Source of the DNA: Octopus bimaculoides
Taxonomy: Eukaryota
Direction of reading: 5' to 3'
NCBI RefSeq assembly: GCF_001194135.2
Contig: NC_068983.1
Coordinates: 36,419,545 to 36,480,677 of the forward strand
DNA length: 61,133 nt
In this document: positions 1 through 12,253 of the stretch, piece by piece
How the letters are laid out: each line of letters opens with the position of its first letter
Position numbering within the stretch: the first letter of the stretch is position 1
Position numbers and translations under genes: made by a program
Notes under the pieces: generated by a model
What the model was told of the DNA's origin: nothing
Seen by the model: only the letters and a program-made list of their open reading frames with translations
Database searches by the model: none

Positions 1-35
<35 letters not shown>

Positions 36-43
36 TACGTATT

Positions 44-135
44 TATTTAGGAAGTACCTTGAGCACTGCTGGTCTTGATGATGAAATGTCATACAGAATC
101 AGCAGGACTAGTAGTGCTTTTGGTAGGCTTGGTAA
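44..135 (+). mobile_element. RTE LINE remnant (post-RT region)
   Basis: YLGSTLSTAGLDDEMSYRISRTSSAFGRL matches the RTE motif YLGS...D.EI..RI..A..AFGRL. Confidence 0.7.
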
Positions 136-1617
136 CCTAGTCCAGGCTGTGCTGCCCTGGGACACCTGCTGGGCCAGACCACAGAACAAAATGTTCTAGA
201 GTCCTTTTTGCCATTTACTTCATTATCAATATGAACTTTCATTGTTTAGATGTGCCTTTTTAAGCTTCCACCAGCCATGTACATACAAGATGTTCATTTC
301 TTTTGTCTATCCAGCAATACCTCTGCTTGACACTTTTTAAAGTGAGGAAAAGTTTTGCACAACAACCATTCCCACTCTCTAAACTACAAAGCATGATCCA
401 AAAAGAAGAGCAAGTCAACGTCATTAGGTGCATTTGCAGTCGCAGGTTTTATATCAGAGTATCCTTCTCCCAGTCTTTGCCCAACCAAAGTTTAACTATA
501 AGACAGCAGTGAAGTATTTAAATTCAGAGTTACTTTCTTCTAGATAGACTGCCTTTACCATGGCTTGGGTAAACAGAGGAGCTCTATCCACCCCTCATTA
601 ATTTATACAAAAAAATAAATAATGAAAATAAAAAAAAATAAGATAAGAGAAATAAATACAAATTAAAAAATTGGGATAAAAACTGAGTAAATTTAAAAAT
701 AAGATTGACATACAAAAATAAGATTGACAGGGCCTCTAATATATAATAGTAGAGGCCTGTCAATGGGGATCTAGTCCTCATAGTATCAAGATATGATATA
801 TGTAACCTATACAGTAGATTTATAAACTCTGTGTGTGTGCACATGCATGCATGTATGTGTAAATGTTTGTGTGTGTATTTTTGTGTTTCCTTGTCTTAAC
901 ACCACACAAATGTTGTAAATGATTGACATTCATTTCCAATGTTCTGTGCAAACATGTCTGAAAACAGGTAAAGGTTGGCAACAGGAAGGGCATCTGGCCA
1001 CAGAAAATCCACTTAATAAAGTGCCTGATCCATGCCAGCATAGAAAAGTGCACATTAAAACAATGAGAATGATGATGATTATAACTTGACAATTGGATAA
1101 AAAAGTCATACCAAAAACACTTTTTATCTCAGTTCTGCTGAGTCATTACTGACACATACAGTTCAACAGCAACAACAACAGCAGCAACAACAATTGGCTG
1201 TGTATTCAAGAAAACCTATTGTTCTGATAGTTATTGTTTAGTCATTGTAATATTGGTTATAAAAAGAACCAAACTGTTCCACTTGAGCAAATATGTATGG
1301 TACGGAGTCATGCTTCATTGATTCTAGTGATAAGAAATTCAATGTCAAGCAACAAATCTAAAGTTTTTATTTTTAGAATTTATGTCATGATCATCTAACG
1401 TCCATTCTCCATGCTGACATGGGTTGGATAGTTTGAAAAGAACTGGCCAGCTGAAGAGTTTCCAGGGCTCCACATCGATTTTGGCATGGTTTCTACAACT
1501 AGATGCCCTTCCTAATACCAACCACTTTACAGAGTGTACAGGGTGCTTTTATGCACCACTGGCACAAGTGGTTCTGACATGGAACTAGCATCCACAAATA
1601 GATAAATAGATATATAT

Positions 1618-1925
1618 AGGCGCAAGAGTAACTGTGTGGTAAGAAGCTTGCTTCCCAACCGCATAATCGTGGGTTCAGTCCCACTGTGTGGCACCTTGGG
1701 CAAGTGACTTCTACTATAACCTCAGGCTGACTGAAGCCTTGTGAGTGGATTTGGTATACAGAAACTGAAAGAAGCCCATTGTATATATGTATGCATTTGT
1801 ATGACTGTGTTTGTCCCCGCCACCACCATCTGACAACCTATGTTGGATCGTTTATGTCCCCCATAACTTAGCAGTTTGGCAGAAAAGACCTATAGAATAA
1901 GTACCCAGCTTACAAAGACTGAAAT
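1618..1925 (+). mobile_element. SINE family A copy
   Basis: Aligns by eye to 43566-43966. Confidence 0.8.
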
Positions 1926-3419
1926 AAGTAAGTTGCCAGTGCTGCTGGACTGGTTCCTGTGCAGGTGGCACGTAAAAAACACCTTTTTGAGCGTGGCCGT
2001 TGCCAGTACCATGTGACTGGCCCTCGTGCCGGTAGCACGTAAAAGCACCCACTACACTCTCGGAGTGGTTGGCGTTAGGAAGGGCATCCAGCTGTAGAAA
2101 CTCTGCCAAATCAGATTGGAACCTGGTGTAGCCATCTGGTTCACCAGTCATCAGTCAAATCGTGTGGGAGGAAAGTGACAGATAGGTAGGAATTAGGTTA
2201 AGTATGGATGTAGTGAGAGATGAAAAAGGGTGAAGATGTGGTTGGTGGTAGATGTCAGTATAGAGGAGAGATGAGAGAAATAGAAATGACAACCATCAGC
2301 ACAGGAGATGTGGGGAGCAGCAGTATTATATATTTGCCTATAATTCAGAGTAGGGGATGTGCAGTAGGTGACAGTGGAGGATTGGGAGAATGATGAACTG
2401 TGGAAGAGATGTGAGTCAAAGGTACAGGAGACTGGCTATAGTGAATGGAGTAACAAAGGCAGAGAGAGGAGGTGTCAATAGTGGATATGAGGTGTTGAGA
2501 ATGATGGCAGATGAGAGAGGTGTTAAGGATGAGGCATGGTGGACCTAAGACGTAGCTCAGAGAGAAGGCAGAGATTACTGAAAGGCACAGAAAGTGGGGT
2601 GAATCGTGGAAAGTAATATGGACAGAGATGATGAGTGAGGGTACCGGTAATACCAAAGGTGGCAGGATGAAGTATGACGAGCTGATTCTGATCTCAAATG
2701 ATTGCACCAGCTGAATAGTACCTTAGTTAGAAGAGTGATGGAGGGATGAACATTAGGAAGATGAGATGATGGGGGAGGGGGTGTGTGCTTGGTGGGGCAC
2801 AGTTACATGTGTGTGTGTTTGTGTGTGTGTGATAATATAACTTTCCAGTTGTCGTTGTTTAGGGCCAATTTAGTCTTACAATGAAATATATTACAATCAC
2901 GATCATCTCTTTTCTGAAATACTGTGCATCCATGATCATATGTCCTTCTTTTTTAATACAGTAAGGGATGATTTCAAGGAGATTTCACTACTATTTCTAG
3001 CACTAACAAGTTTAGCAGTCACGTATAGCAGTAGATCCCTACGTTTTCTACCCCACCCCACCGCCATTACTTTATGTACATTATTAATTTGTTTTACTTC
3101 ATTACTGGCTACACTCATCCTCTTTAAATACTATGGAAACTGAGATAATCATGTATGTATCTGTGTTTTTGTATGTGTGTGTGTATAGCCTTGTCTTGGT
3201 ATCACGTGATGGTTATGAACGAGCATCATCAACACACAAATATTGTTGTCCAGTCCCTGTTTTCCATGGAAAACACAACTGTCTATAGGGAAAAAAGGGT
3301 CAAGGTTGGTGACAGGAAGAGCATCCAACTGTAGAAAATCTCTCTCAACAATTTCTGTCTGTCACATGGAAACATGGAAAAGAGGACATTATGTCTCACT
3401 ACCATGCAGCATTGCAGTC

Positions 3420-3720
3420 CCAACTCAAGCATCATATAATCTACCTTTCACTCTGTGGAAAAAGACCTTGTTGCCATCAGTGGTAGTAGCTCCCTGAACT
3501 TTTTCCAGCCCGTTTTTACTCTGAGTACTATACTTTCAGAGCAACTACTTCCCTTGCTGATGACATCTTTCAGGTAGCAAAAGCTATCAACTACTTCGAG
3601 TGAACCATCCAGGCATTCAAGGGGTTCTATTTCTGGTGTGTTCATGGAACATTCCAGTGTATTTATCGCATTTGAAGCTTATGTTTTCCGATAGTCTGCT
3701 TGTGGTTTCACTACATCACT
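3420..3720 (-). mobile_element. RTE LINE ORF remnant
   Basis: LEVVDSFCYLKDVISKGSSCSESIVLRVKTGWKKFRELLPL is the RTE post-RT motif. Confidence 0.85.
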
Positions 3721-4424
3721 AGTGTGTGTGTGTGTTTGTGTGTAGACAGTGGAAGTCTAATAGCAAGATACCATTGACGAGAGGACGGCAAACTTGTTAA
3801 GCAACAATAGAATCAGGTTACAGGATCGAGCAATCAGACATTGAGTAGAGAGCTTAGGTGAACACTTTTTTTCTCTTTTAAACAACTATGCACATACCAA
3901 TGGCACGAACAGCAAAGCCCCGCCACACACAAACAAACAACTAACTGCATTTTATAAGTTTAGTTTGTCTTGTTTATCTTCATTTCTTAGTTTTATGTTG
4001 TAATTACATATTTACTGAAACCAACTGGAGAACCATCAATTAGTTTAAGAACAGCGGTAAGGCATGTATAGTTACAGATGTATTGGTCGGCAGGAAGGAA
4101 AAAAAAAGAATACCCTCTATTTCAATATACTTTCTTTCTTGCTCTTCAATCCAGACTTGCATATTAAGTTGTCTACATAGCTATTAATGCATAACAGCCA
4201 GAAAACATGAGAATTTCAGTAATCTCACACACATATCATCATATATTCAACCATTGAAGTTAGAGCTATTTTATTGCATGGCAAACCCTCAACTTAAAAC
4301 ACAAAGTGCCATACTTTATTTTCTAATCAAATTACTTCTCAACACAGCAGTCACCAATGAACTTCTGCAGTAGTTGATAAATCAATCATTATTATTATTA
4401 TTACCATCATTATTATTATTATTT

Positions 4425-4636
4425 AAGGTGGTGAGCTGGTAGAATCGTTAGCACGCTGGGTGAAATGCTGAGTGATATTTTGTCTACCGCCATGTTCTGA
4501 GTTCAAATTTCACTGAGGTCAACTTTGCCTTTCATCCTTTCAGGGTTGATTAAATAAGTACCAGTTGAACACTGGGGTCAATGTAGTCGACTCATCCCCT
4601 CCCCCAAATAGCTGCCCTTGTGGTAAAATTTGAAAC

Positions 4637-4669
<33 letters not shown>

Positions 4670-5290
4670 GGCGGCAAGCTGGCTGATTCATTAGCACACC
4701 AGGCAAAATGCTTAGCGGCATTTCATCCATTTTTACGTTGTGAGTTCAAATTCCGCTGAGGTTGACCATTCATCCTTTCAGGGCCAATGAATTAAGAACC
4801 AGTTGAACACTGTGGTTGATGTAATTGACTTACTCCACATCCCTGAAATTGCTGTCTTTGTGCCAAAATTTGATGCCATTATTATTAATGTGGTGAGCCG
4901 ACAGGATTGTTAGCGGGAGAAAATGGGCAGTAACATTTCTTCTTATTACATTATGTTCTGAGTTCAAATTCCACTGAGGTTGACTTTACCTTTCATCCTT
5001 TTGGGGTTGATAAAATAAATACCAGCTGAGCATCGGGGGTGGGGTTGATGTAATTAACTTACCTCTCCCCTCAAAAATGCTGGTCTTGTATCAACATTTT
5101 TAAAGAATTATTACTGCGGTATTTAGTTACAGCACTTTATATCCTGAGTTCAAACCTTGCCAAGGTCAACTTCAACTTTCATCTCTCTGGGGTTGTTACA
5201 ATAAAGTACCAATGTAGAACTGGGATAGATTTAAATAACTGTTTTCTGCTGTTAAATCTAGGGTCACAAGCCTTGTATTAAATTACAATG
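4425..5290 (+). mobile_element. Head-to-tail cluster of 3-4 tRNA-derived SINE family B copies separated by (ATT)n
   Basis: Repeated AAGGTGGTGAGCTGG...GAGTTCAAATTCC...TTGTGCCAAAATTTGAAAC-ATTATT units. Confidence 0.85.
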
Positions 5291-6451
5291 TTGTGACTGC
5301 TCAAATTAAGACACTACCAATGGATTGGTTACGTGGCATGTCTGTTAGTAGGCAAATTCTAGTGATAATTGACGATAATAATCTTCTTTGGCTGGCTGAT
5401 GTTAAAGTACAATCAGCTTCTGTGTTATGCACATAATTTTGTTATAATCCGCATCTTCAAAAAATTCTCTGTTGTTGCTTGATCCACTTGAAATAGCAAC
5501 TAAATCTTAAATTATTGCATCATGCTCTCTTATAAAAAAAAATAATGTACACATTGGACAATATAGTCCTAGATAGACAAAAAGATGGGATGGTCATGGC
5601 TGGAGTGTATTTGAGGTTTAATCAAGACTAACTTGGGTGAAACACCAACAGCATTAACCCTTTTTATGATAACATGGAAGTAAAAAAATAACATATATAG
5701 TAAATGTCATTTTTGTATAGTTTTCAAAACTTTTCATAAATGTAGGTATGGTTGCATGATTAAGAAGCTAGTTTTGCAATCATGGGTTCAATCCCATTGT
5801 AAGGCATGTTGGGCCTTGGACAAATGTTTTCCACCATAGCATCAGGGCAACAAATGCCCTGTGAGCAAATGTGGCAGACAGAATCTGTGAGTGAGGAAGT
5901 CCATTATGTGCATGCGTGTGTGTACTTGTGAGTGTGTATGCAAGCATGTGCGTAAGTGTGTGTGAGCCATGCATATCTGAGTTCCATACTGCACCACTGC
6001 TTGACCACCAGTGTTGGGTTGTTTATGTCCATCATAATTTAGTAGCTCAGCAAAAGGGAACAAAAGAAAAAGTACCCCAATACTTAAAAAACAAGTATGG
6101 TAGGGAGGGGTCAATTTGTTTGATTTTTATACTTAAGTCTGACACGAGCCCCAGGACACATAAGGCTGAAGCTTTACCCAGTTTCTATGGAGTACATAAG
6201 TGACTGAGATTGTATCACTCCCTCTCATTTACAACTGAATGGACAGGTGCAGCATGAAGTGAGCCATACCTGCATTTATGACAGCTTTTGAAAATTATAG
6301 AAAAGTAATAACATTTCATATACAGTAATCCCTCACCATATCATGTATCACCTATTGTGGTTTATTATTTAAGCTTACATCGATTCCTCTGTGGCGTTGT
6401 TTTGCATTTCTAATATAAAATATATACAAATTATAAAAATAATATAAAAAA

Positions 6452-6812
6452 TGTTGGGCCTGATGAAGGCAAAGTGGCTGAGTTCCTTTTGAGCATTGAG
6501 CCTGACAGAGGCAAAGTGGCTGAGTTCTTTTGAAGCGTTGGGCGTGACGGAGGTGAGGTGGCTGAGTTCCTTTCAAGTGTTGGGTCTGACGGAGGTGAGG
6601 TGGTTGAGTTCCTTTTGAACATTGAGCCTGACAGAGGCAAAGTGGCTGAGTTCTTTTGAAGCGTTGAGCGTGACGGAGGCAAAGTGGCTGAGTTCCTTTC
6701 AAGTGTTGGACCTGATGGATGCGAGGTGGCTGAGTTCCTTTTGAGCATTGGGCCTCATTGAGGCAAAGTGGCCAAGTTCCTTATGAGTATTGGGCCTTGA
6801 AGAGGCAATGAC
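6452..6812 (+). repeat. 42-bp minisatellite, about 8.5 units, with a 126-bp higher-order repeat
   Basis: AGTTC recurs at 6481, 6523, 6565, 6607, 6649, 6691, 6733 and 6775. Variant units recur every third copy. Confidence 0.95.
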
Positions 6813-7088
6813 CAAGACCTTTGGTGTTATGTTGTGCTTGAGAAGAAGACCCAACAAGCCAAGCAAAATCGCAGTTATGACAGATACCAGTGACACGCAA
6901 ATGGCACTTGTGCCAGTGGCACATAAAAGCACCCGTTACACTCTTGGAGTGGTTGGCTTTAGGAAGGGCATCCAGCTGTAGAAAACCATGCCAAATCAGT
7001 CTGGAACCTTGCACATCCTTCCAGTGTGCCAGCCCAGTCAAACCGTACAACCCATGCCAGCATGGACAACGGACATATGATGATGATG
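6452..7088 (+). mobile_element. 5'-truncated RTE 3' end headed by a 42-bp tandem array, inserted into a MITE
   Basis: The array is followed by the RTE ORF end and UTR and a GATGAT tail. The flanks are the two halves of the MITE that is intact at 20350-20579. Confidence 0.8.
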
Positions 7089-8399
7089 AGTACAGCACTG
7101 TTTCTACTTCATGGATTTTCATCTATTGTGGGAGGTTTCTGAACTTAACACACGCGATAGTCAAGGGATTACTGTACGTCTGTTATAAGGTGGCAACAGG
7201 CAGAAGTGTTTTGTGCACTGAGCAAAATGCTTCTTGGCATTTCATCCATTTTCACATTCTGAGTTCAAAATCCATCAAGGTCAACTATACCTTTAATTCT
7301 TTTGGTGGTGGTGGTGGTGGTGGTGGTGGGGGCTCAATAAAATAAGTACCAGTTGAACACTGGGGTCAATATGATTGACTTAGCCACCATCCCCACCTCC
7401 ACTGCAAAATCATTGGCCTTGAGTCAAAATTTGAAGCCAGCATATTCTTTTACTTGTTTCGGTCATTTGACAGCAGCCATGCTGGAGCACCACCTCTTGG
7501 GGTGTTTTTACAAACAATTTGACCCCAGTACTTATTTGCAAGCCTGGTACTTATACATAAATACACCAGCACCAGCTGTTNNNNNNNNNNNNNNNNNNNN
7601 NNNNNNNNNNNNNNNNNNNNNNNNNNNNNNNNNNNNNNNNNNNNNNNNNNNNNNNNNNNNNNNNNNNNNNNNNNNNNNNNNNNNNNNNNNNNNNNNNNNN
7701 NNNNNNNNNNNNNNNNNNNNNNNNNNNNGTAGAAAACATTTGCCTAAAGTGCCATGCAGTGGGACTGAACCTGGAATCATGTAGTTGGGAAGCAAGCGTC
7801 TTACCACATAGCCATGCCTAATTTTGTTTTTTATATTTTCATGTTATAAAATGAAGATCACAATGCACTGCCTGGTCTGGGAATTGAAATCACAATCTTA
7901 TAATAATGAATGAAATACCCCAACCATTAGGTTACACGCCTTTACCTGATTTTATACAGACAGGTTAAATAGGGAAAAAAAAAAAAAATTTTCAAAGCAG
8001 GAAATTGCTCAAATTTCATTACAGATTCCGATGTTTATAAGTTTATCAAAGCTAAGTTTAAATAAAAACAGATTTTTTTTCTTCTCTATTTCAGATTGTT
8101 AAAACAGGAATGAATTAGATACTCCTTGAAATAAATTTAGTATTTATTTTGTTTGTCTCCCACATAGAGATAGATTCCCCTCCCACATTGAAATAGTTCA
8201 TAATCTAATTATTATTATTATAATTATTATTATTAAGATGGTGAGCTGACAGAACCTTTTAGCATGCTGGACAAAATGCTTAGCAACATCTCATCAATCT
8301 TTGTGTTCTGAGCTCAAATTTGGGATCAAGTACTGGGGTCAAAGTAACTGAATTACCCCTCCTCTCAAAAACTGCTGGCCCTGTGCCAAAATTTGAAAC

Positions 8400-8577
8400 C
8401 ATTATTATTAGTTATTATTATTATTATAGACGTCGAACAGTATACAATATCATGAGGTTGTCGATTGAGGATATTGTGTCTACCGGGGGTTTGTACTATT
8501 TGTGAAGTCTCAACAAAGACCTGACAGACAGACAGTACTTTATGCAATATGCATGCAGTTCTAAGTAATGCTGACTT
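8400..8577 (-). mobile_element. Very short R4/Dong-like 3' end with a (TAA)n tail
   Basis: KSALLRTACILHKVLS motif. UTR motif GGTCTTTGTTGAGACT resembles the UTR of the 53324 copy. Confidence 0.6.
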
Positions 8578-9489
8578 ACTCCCCCCAAAACTACTGGTCT
8601 TGTGCCAAAATTTGAAATCATTATTATTATTATTATCATTATTAATGCAGTGAGCTGACAGAATTGTTAGCACGCCGGGCAAAGGCAAAATGCTTAGAGG
8701 TATTTCATCTACTGCTACATTCTGAGTTCAAATTCCACCAAGGTCATCCGTTCGGGGTCATTAAATTAAGTACAAGTTGCATAATGTGGTCGATCTAATC
8801 AACTGGCCCCCCTCCCCACAAATTTCAGGCCTTGTGCCCATAAGGATTATTATTATTACTATTAATAATAATAATTTATTTATTGTAAGTGCAGGTGTGG
8901 CTGTGGGGGTAAAAAGTTTGTTTCTGATCACCATAATGTTTAATCTAAATACAATTTAATTTTAAGACTTCATTTTTTTTATGGACATATATGGGGGGGA
9001 GGGGCTCCCCACAAGGGGTCTCAGGGAGTAGCATCCCTGCCTTCCTGAGCTAGTTTTCCACCACATTTCTTAAAAATCATGGTAGAGGCCTTGGTCTAGA
9101 GACCACTTATGTCTAGAAACTGAGGTTGGGGGTAAGCAAGGGCATGCTCCTCCTAGAAAATCCAGCTTGAAAAAAAGCCTCATGATAGCAAAAGAGAATG
9201 GGCACCAGCCAGCATAAAGGTTGGGGTGGGCTGCACCTGCCTACCTTGGTTGCCATGGCACTGAGGTAGATCCAGCCACGCTCTGTTAACGGGAACAAAA
9301 CTCAGATTTAAAACACTGGATGATGATAATGATATATGGGTTAACAAGGACATCAAGGTGTAGAAACCATGCCATAGCAGACAATTGGATCCTGGTACAG
9401 CTCCCGGTCTTTCCAGCTCCTGTCAAATTGTCCAACCCATGCCAGTATGGAAAACAGATGATGATGATAATGTTTCTTTTCTAGAAAAC

Positions 9490-9800
9490 ATTTTTTCGGA
9501 TTTACTGTTCTATTTTAAACAACTGCTTACACTTCTTGGTTTCATAATAGGGTAACACCAGGATGCCAGAAGGTATATAAGGTAAGAAAGGGGAGACAAA
9601 TAAACAAAGGGCGTTTACATAACCCCAACAGCTCTCCTGACAAGAGAGCAAGGGAAGGTAATCGATAGCATTGTCCACCAAACCTCTTCCAGTGTTCTTG
9701 GGTAACACCCAAATGTTTGTATAATTTTTTTAAAATATAAAATAATATTAGATTCATCGAAAGACAAGATTTCATTAGTAAAACTTTATTTTTTTGTAAA
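9490..9800 (-). mobile_element. Possible R4-like RT-thumb remnant
   Basis: YKHLGV and PFLPYIPSGIL...KIEQ*IRK loosely match YKYLG...P.L....GI..W....D...RK. Heavily decayed. Confidence 0.4.
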
Positions 9801-10574
9801 GCTGGAGAGTAAAACCCAGCAGAAAGCAAACAAGCATATATCTAGTGGTGGTGGTGGTGGTGGTGGTTATAGAGGAGAAACCTATTAATAAACTCTTGCA
9901 CAGTGATACCTTATGGTAGTAATTGCAGGAAGCCTTTAAGTTTTAAGTCTCTCGAATCAAGTGAAAGGAGAGGATTTGTACTAATAACATTTGTAGCCCA
10001 CCCAGAATGGTGAAATTAATATGGCTGATTCTCAGAATGAATGTTTGTAGGAAAAAAATATGTAAGTAGAAGAGGACTGGTCTGAATGCTTTGAGCAGAG
10101 TGAACTCCAGTAAATGAACCCATGGATTAGGGAGCAGTGTTAAATAGGGGGTTATGTTGTTATGTCTATCGCTTTTCTGTTTCTAAGACAATGGAAAGAA
10201 GAAAAAAAATAATAATTGCAAACAGGTTAAATAGGTACAGGTGTGACTGAGTGGTTAAGAAGTTTTAGGTTCAGTCCCATTGTGTGGCACCTTGTGCAAT
10301 TGTGTTTTATTAAAAGCCCTGGCCAAACAAAGCTTTTGTGTGGATTTGGTAGATGGAAACTGAAAGAAGCCCATCATTTGTGTGTGTGTGTGTGTGTGTN
10401 NNNNNNNNNNNNNNNNNNNNNNNNNNNNNNNNNNNNNNNNNNNNNNNNNNNNNNNNNNNNNNNNNNNNNNNNNNNNNNNNNNNNNNNNNNNNNNNNNNNN
10501 NNNNNNNNNNNNNNNNNNNNNNNNNNNNNNNNNNNNNNNNNNNNNNNNNNNNNNNNNNNNNNNNNNNNNNNNNN

Positions 10575-10612
<38 letters not shown>

Positions 10613-11454
10613 CTTGTCCTGATGTCACACAATGATCATGAACGAGCAAAACTCTCATACAAGTGATGTTGTTTGTTTACAGTCTTCTGCAAAAACCTTA
10701 TCTGGCCATGGGAAATATATACCTTGCTTGGAAACAAGTGGAGGGTGGTGACAGGAAGAACATCCAACTGTAGAAAATCTGCCTCAACAAATTCCATCAG
10801 ACCCATGCAAATATGGAAAAGTAGACATTAAATGATAATGATAAAAATTCATTTGCTTTCATGAATGAGGAATTTTTAAATCATTAAATTGAAAAAAAGT
10901 TTATTAGGATACATTCACTCTAGAGTATGGAATCCATTAATTTAACAATTTATTCTTTGGTACGATCATAAATGAAAATGTGCTCAGCTACCTACAAAAG
11001 TATCATGAAATAATGATTAAACCCTTTTACATTTAAACCAGCCATATTAGGCTCAAATATTTTACCTGTTTTATGTTAAAACTGGCCAGATCTAGCCTAT
11101 CACACCTACCCTACAATGTTATTTTAAAAATAGGCAACCACACCTTCAAAATCTTGAAGGTACAAAGTAATGCATGATTAATTTAAAACAATGTGAATAA
11201 ATAAGTATTACATTTGACAGAGTAATCTGAACGCTGAAGGGTAAATAAATATATTTCCAGTAGATACATTGGCTATTTATAGTTTATTATGCAAAGTGAT
11301 TATTGAATGAGCAGAAACAAGGTAGAGTTGAGAGAACTGTTAAGTCTTGCTTAGGACATGGTAACTTTTCTAGTGCTGGTGCCCTGATAAAATGCACCCA
11401 GTGCACTCTGTAAAGTGGGTGATGACAGGAGAAGCATCAAGACGTGGAAGCTTT

Positions 11455-12253
11455 CTTTCATCTTTTACTTGTTTCAGTTGTTGGACTGTGGTCATGCTGG
11501 AGTACCATCTTGAAGAGTTTAGACAAATAAATCAACCCTAGCACTTATTTTTTATGTCTCATATTCGAAGAATTCCAACCATGTTTCGTGGTTTGCTACT
11601 TCAACAGCTCCTTTATAGAATCCAGTGGTTAATGACATCATCAGGAGGAACCACGTCCAGTTTCGGTCCCAACTCCTCTACCGTTTTCAATGTGGCACCT
11701 CCTCCGCCCCCTCCACCACCTTTCGGAGGTGTCTTCAGCTCTGGTGTTGAGTGCGTTTTTACTTTTTCTCCTTTTTTCTTTGGTTTCTTTGATGCAGTGT
11801 CAACAAATGTCAGCAGGCGAATGACCATCCTGCCAAATTTCCCTTTGAATACTCGCTGGTAGGCTCCAGCAGCCAGCACCAGCAAACTGTCACGTGACAC
11901 TACCTAAGCTTCAGCTGGCCAATAGAGGCGAAGGACATGTAGCTCAGGCCGATGCCTTCTCTATACTTAACTTCCAACAGTGTCGGGTTAGTTTCAGTCA
12001 CTTTCTGCCAAACTGCTCGGTTAAAGAACATAAACAGACTAACATTGGTTTTCAAGCAATGGTGAAGGAACAAACAAACACACACACACACATGATGACT
12101 TCCAAATGGTTTCCATTTACCAAATTCACTTAGTATTAGTCAGCATGAGGTTATAGTAAAAGATGCTTGTCCAAAATGCCATGCAGTGGGACTGAACTGG
12201 AAACCACATAGTGGCAAAACAACCTTCTTAACCACACAGCCATATCTGCACCT
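11455..12253 (-). mobile_element. SINE family A copy interrupted by an approximately 430-bp foreign insert
   Basis: The SINE 3' part lies at 11455-11552 and the remainder resumes near 11990. Confidence 0.7.
11555..11985 (-). other. Unidentified GC-richer, coding-like insert nested in a SINE
   Basis: Minus-strand ORF 11900-11613 with a K-rich stretch and a Gly8 run with varied third positions. It is flanked by two parts of one SINE. Confidence 0.45.

Larger units (their letters stand above)
6323..7174. mobile_element. Same MITE family, split by the insertion at 6452-7088
   Basis: Perfect 11-bp TIR CAGTAATCCCT with TA flanks; both halves align to 20350-20579. Confidence 0.85.

Noticed and set aside
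2160-2780. Purine-rich 600-bp segment with a 120-aa minus-strand ORF
   Set aside because: It looks like a decayed LINE-derived segment similar in composition to 41200-41600, with no diagnostic motif, so neither family nor gene can be called.
2936-3143. Overlapping antisense ORFs of 60 and 67 aa in unique DNA
   Set aside because: No convincing splice sites or recognisable homology; length is compatible with chance.
7935-7985. Minus-strand polyT...CAG|GTAAAG resembling a recursive splice site
   Set aside because: The GT side is the start of a decayed SINE head, so coincidence is likely.
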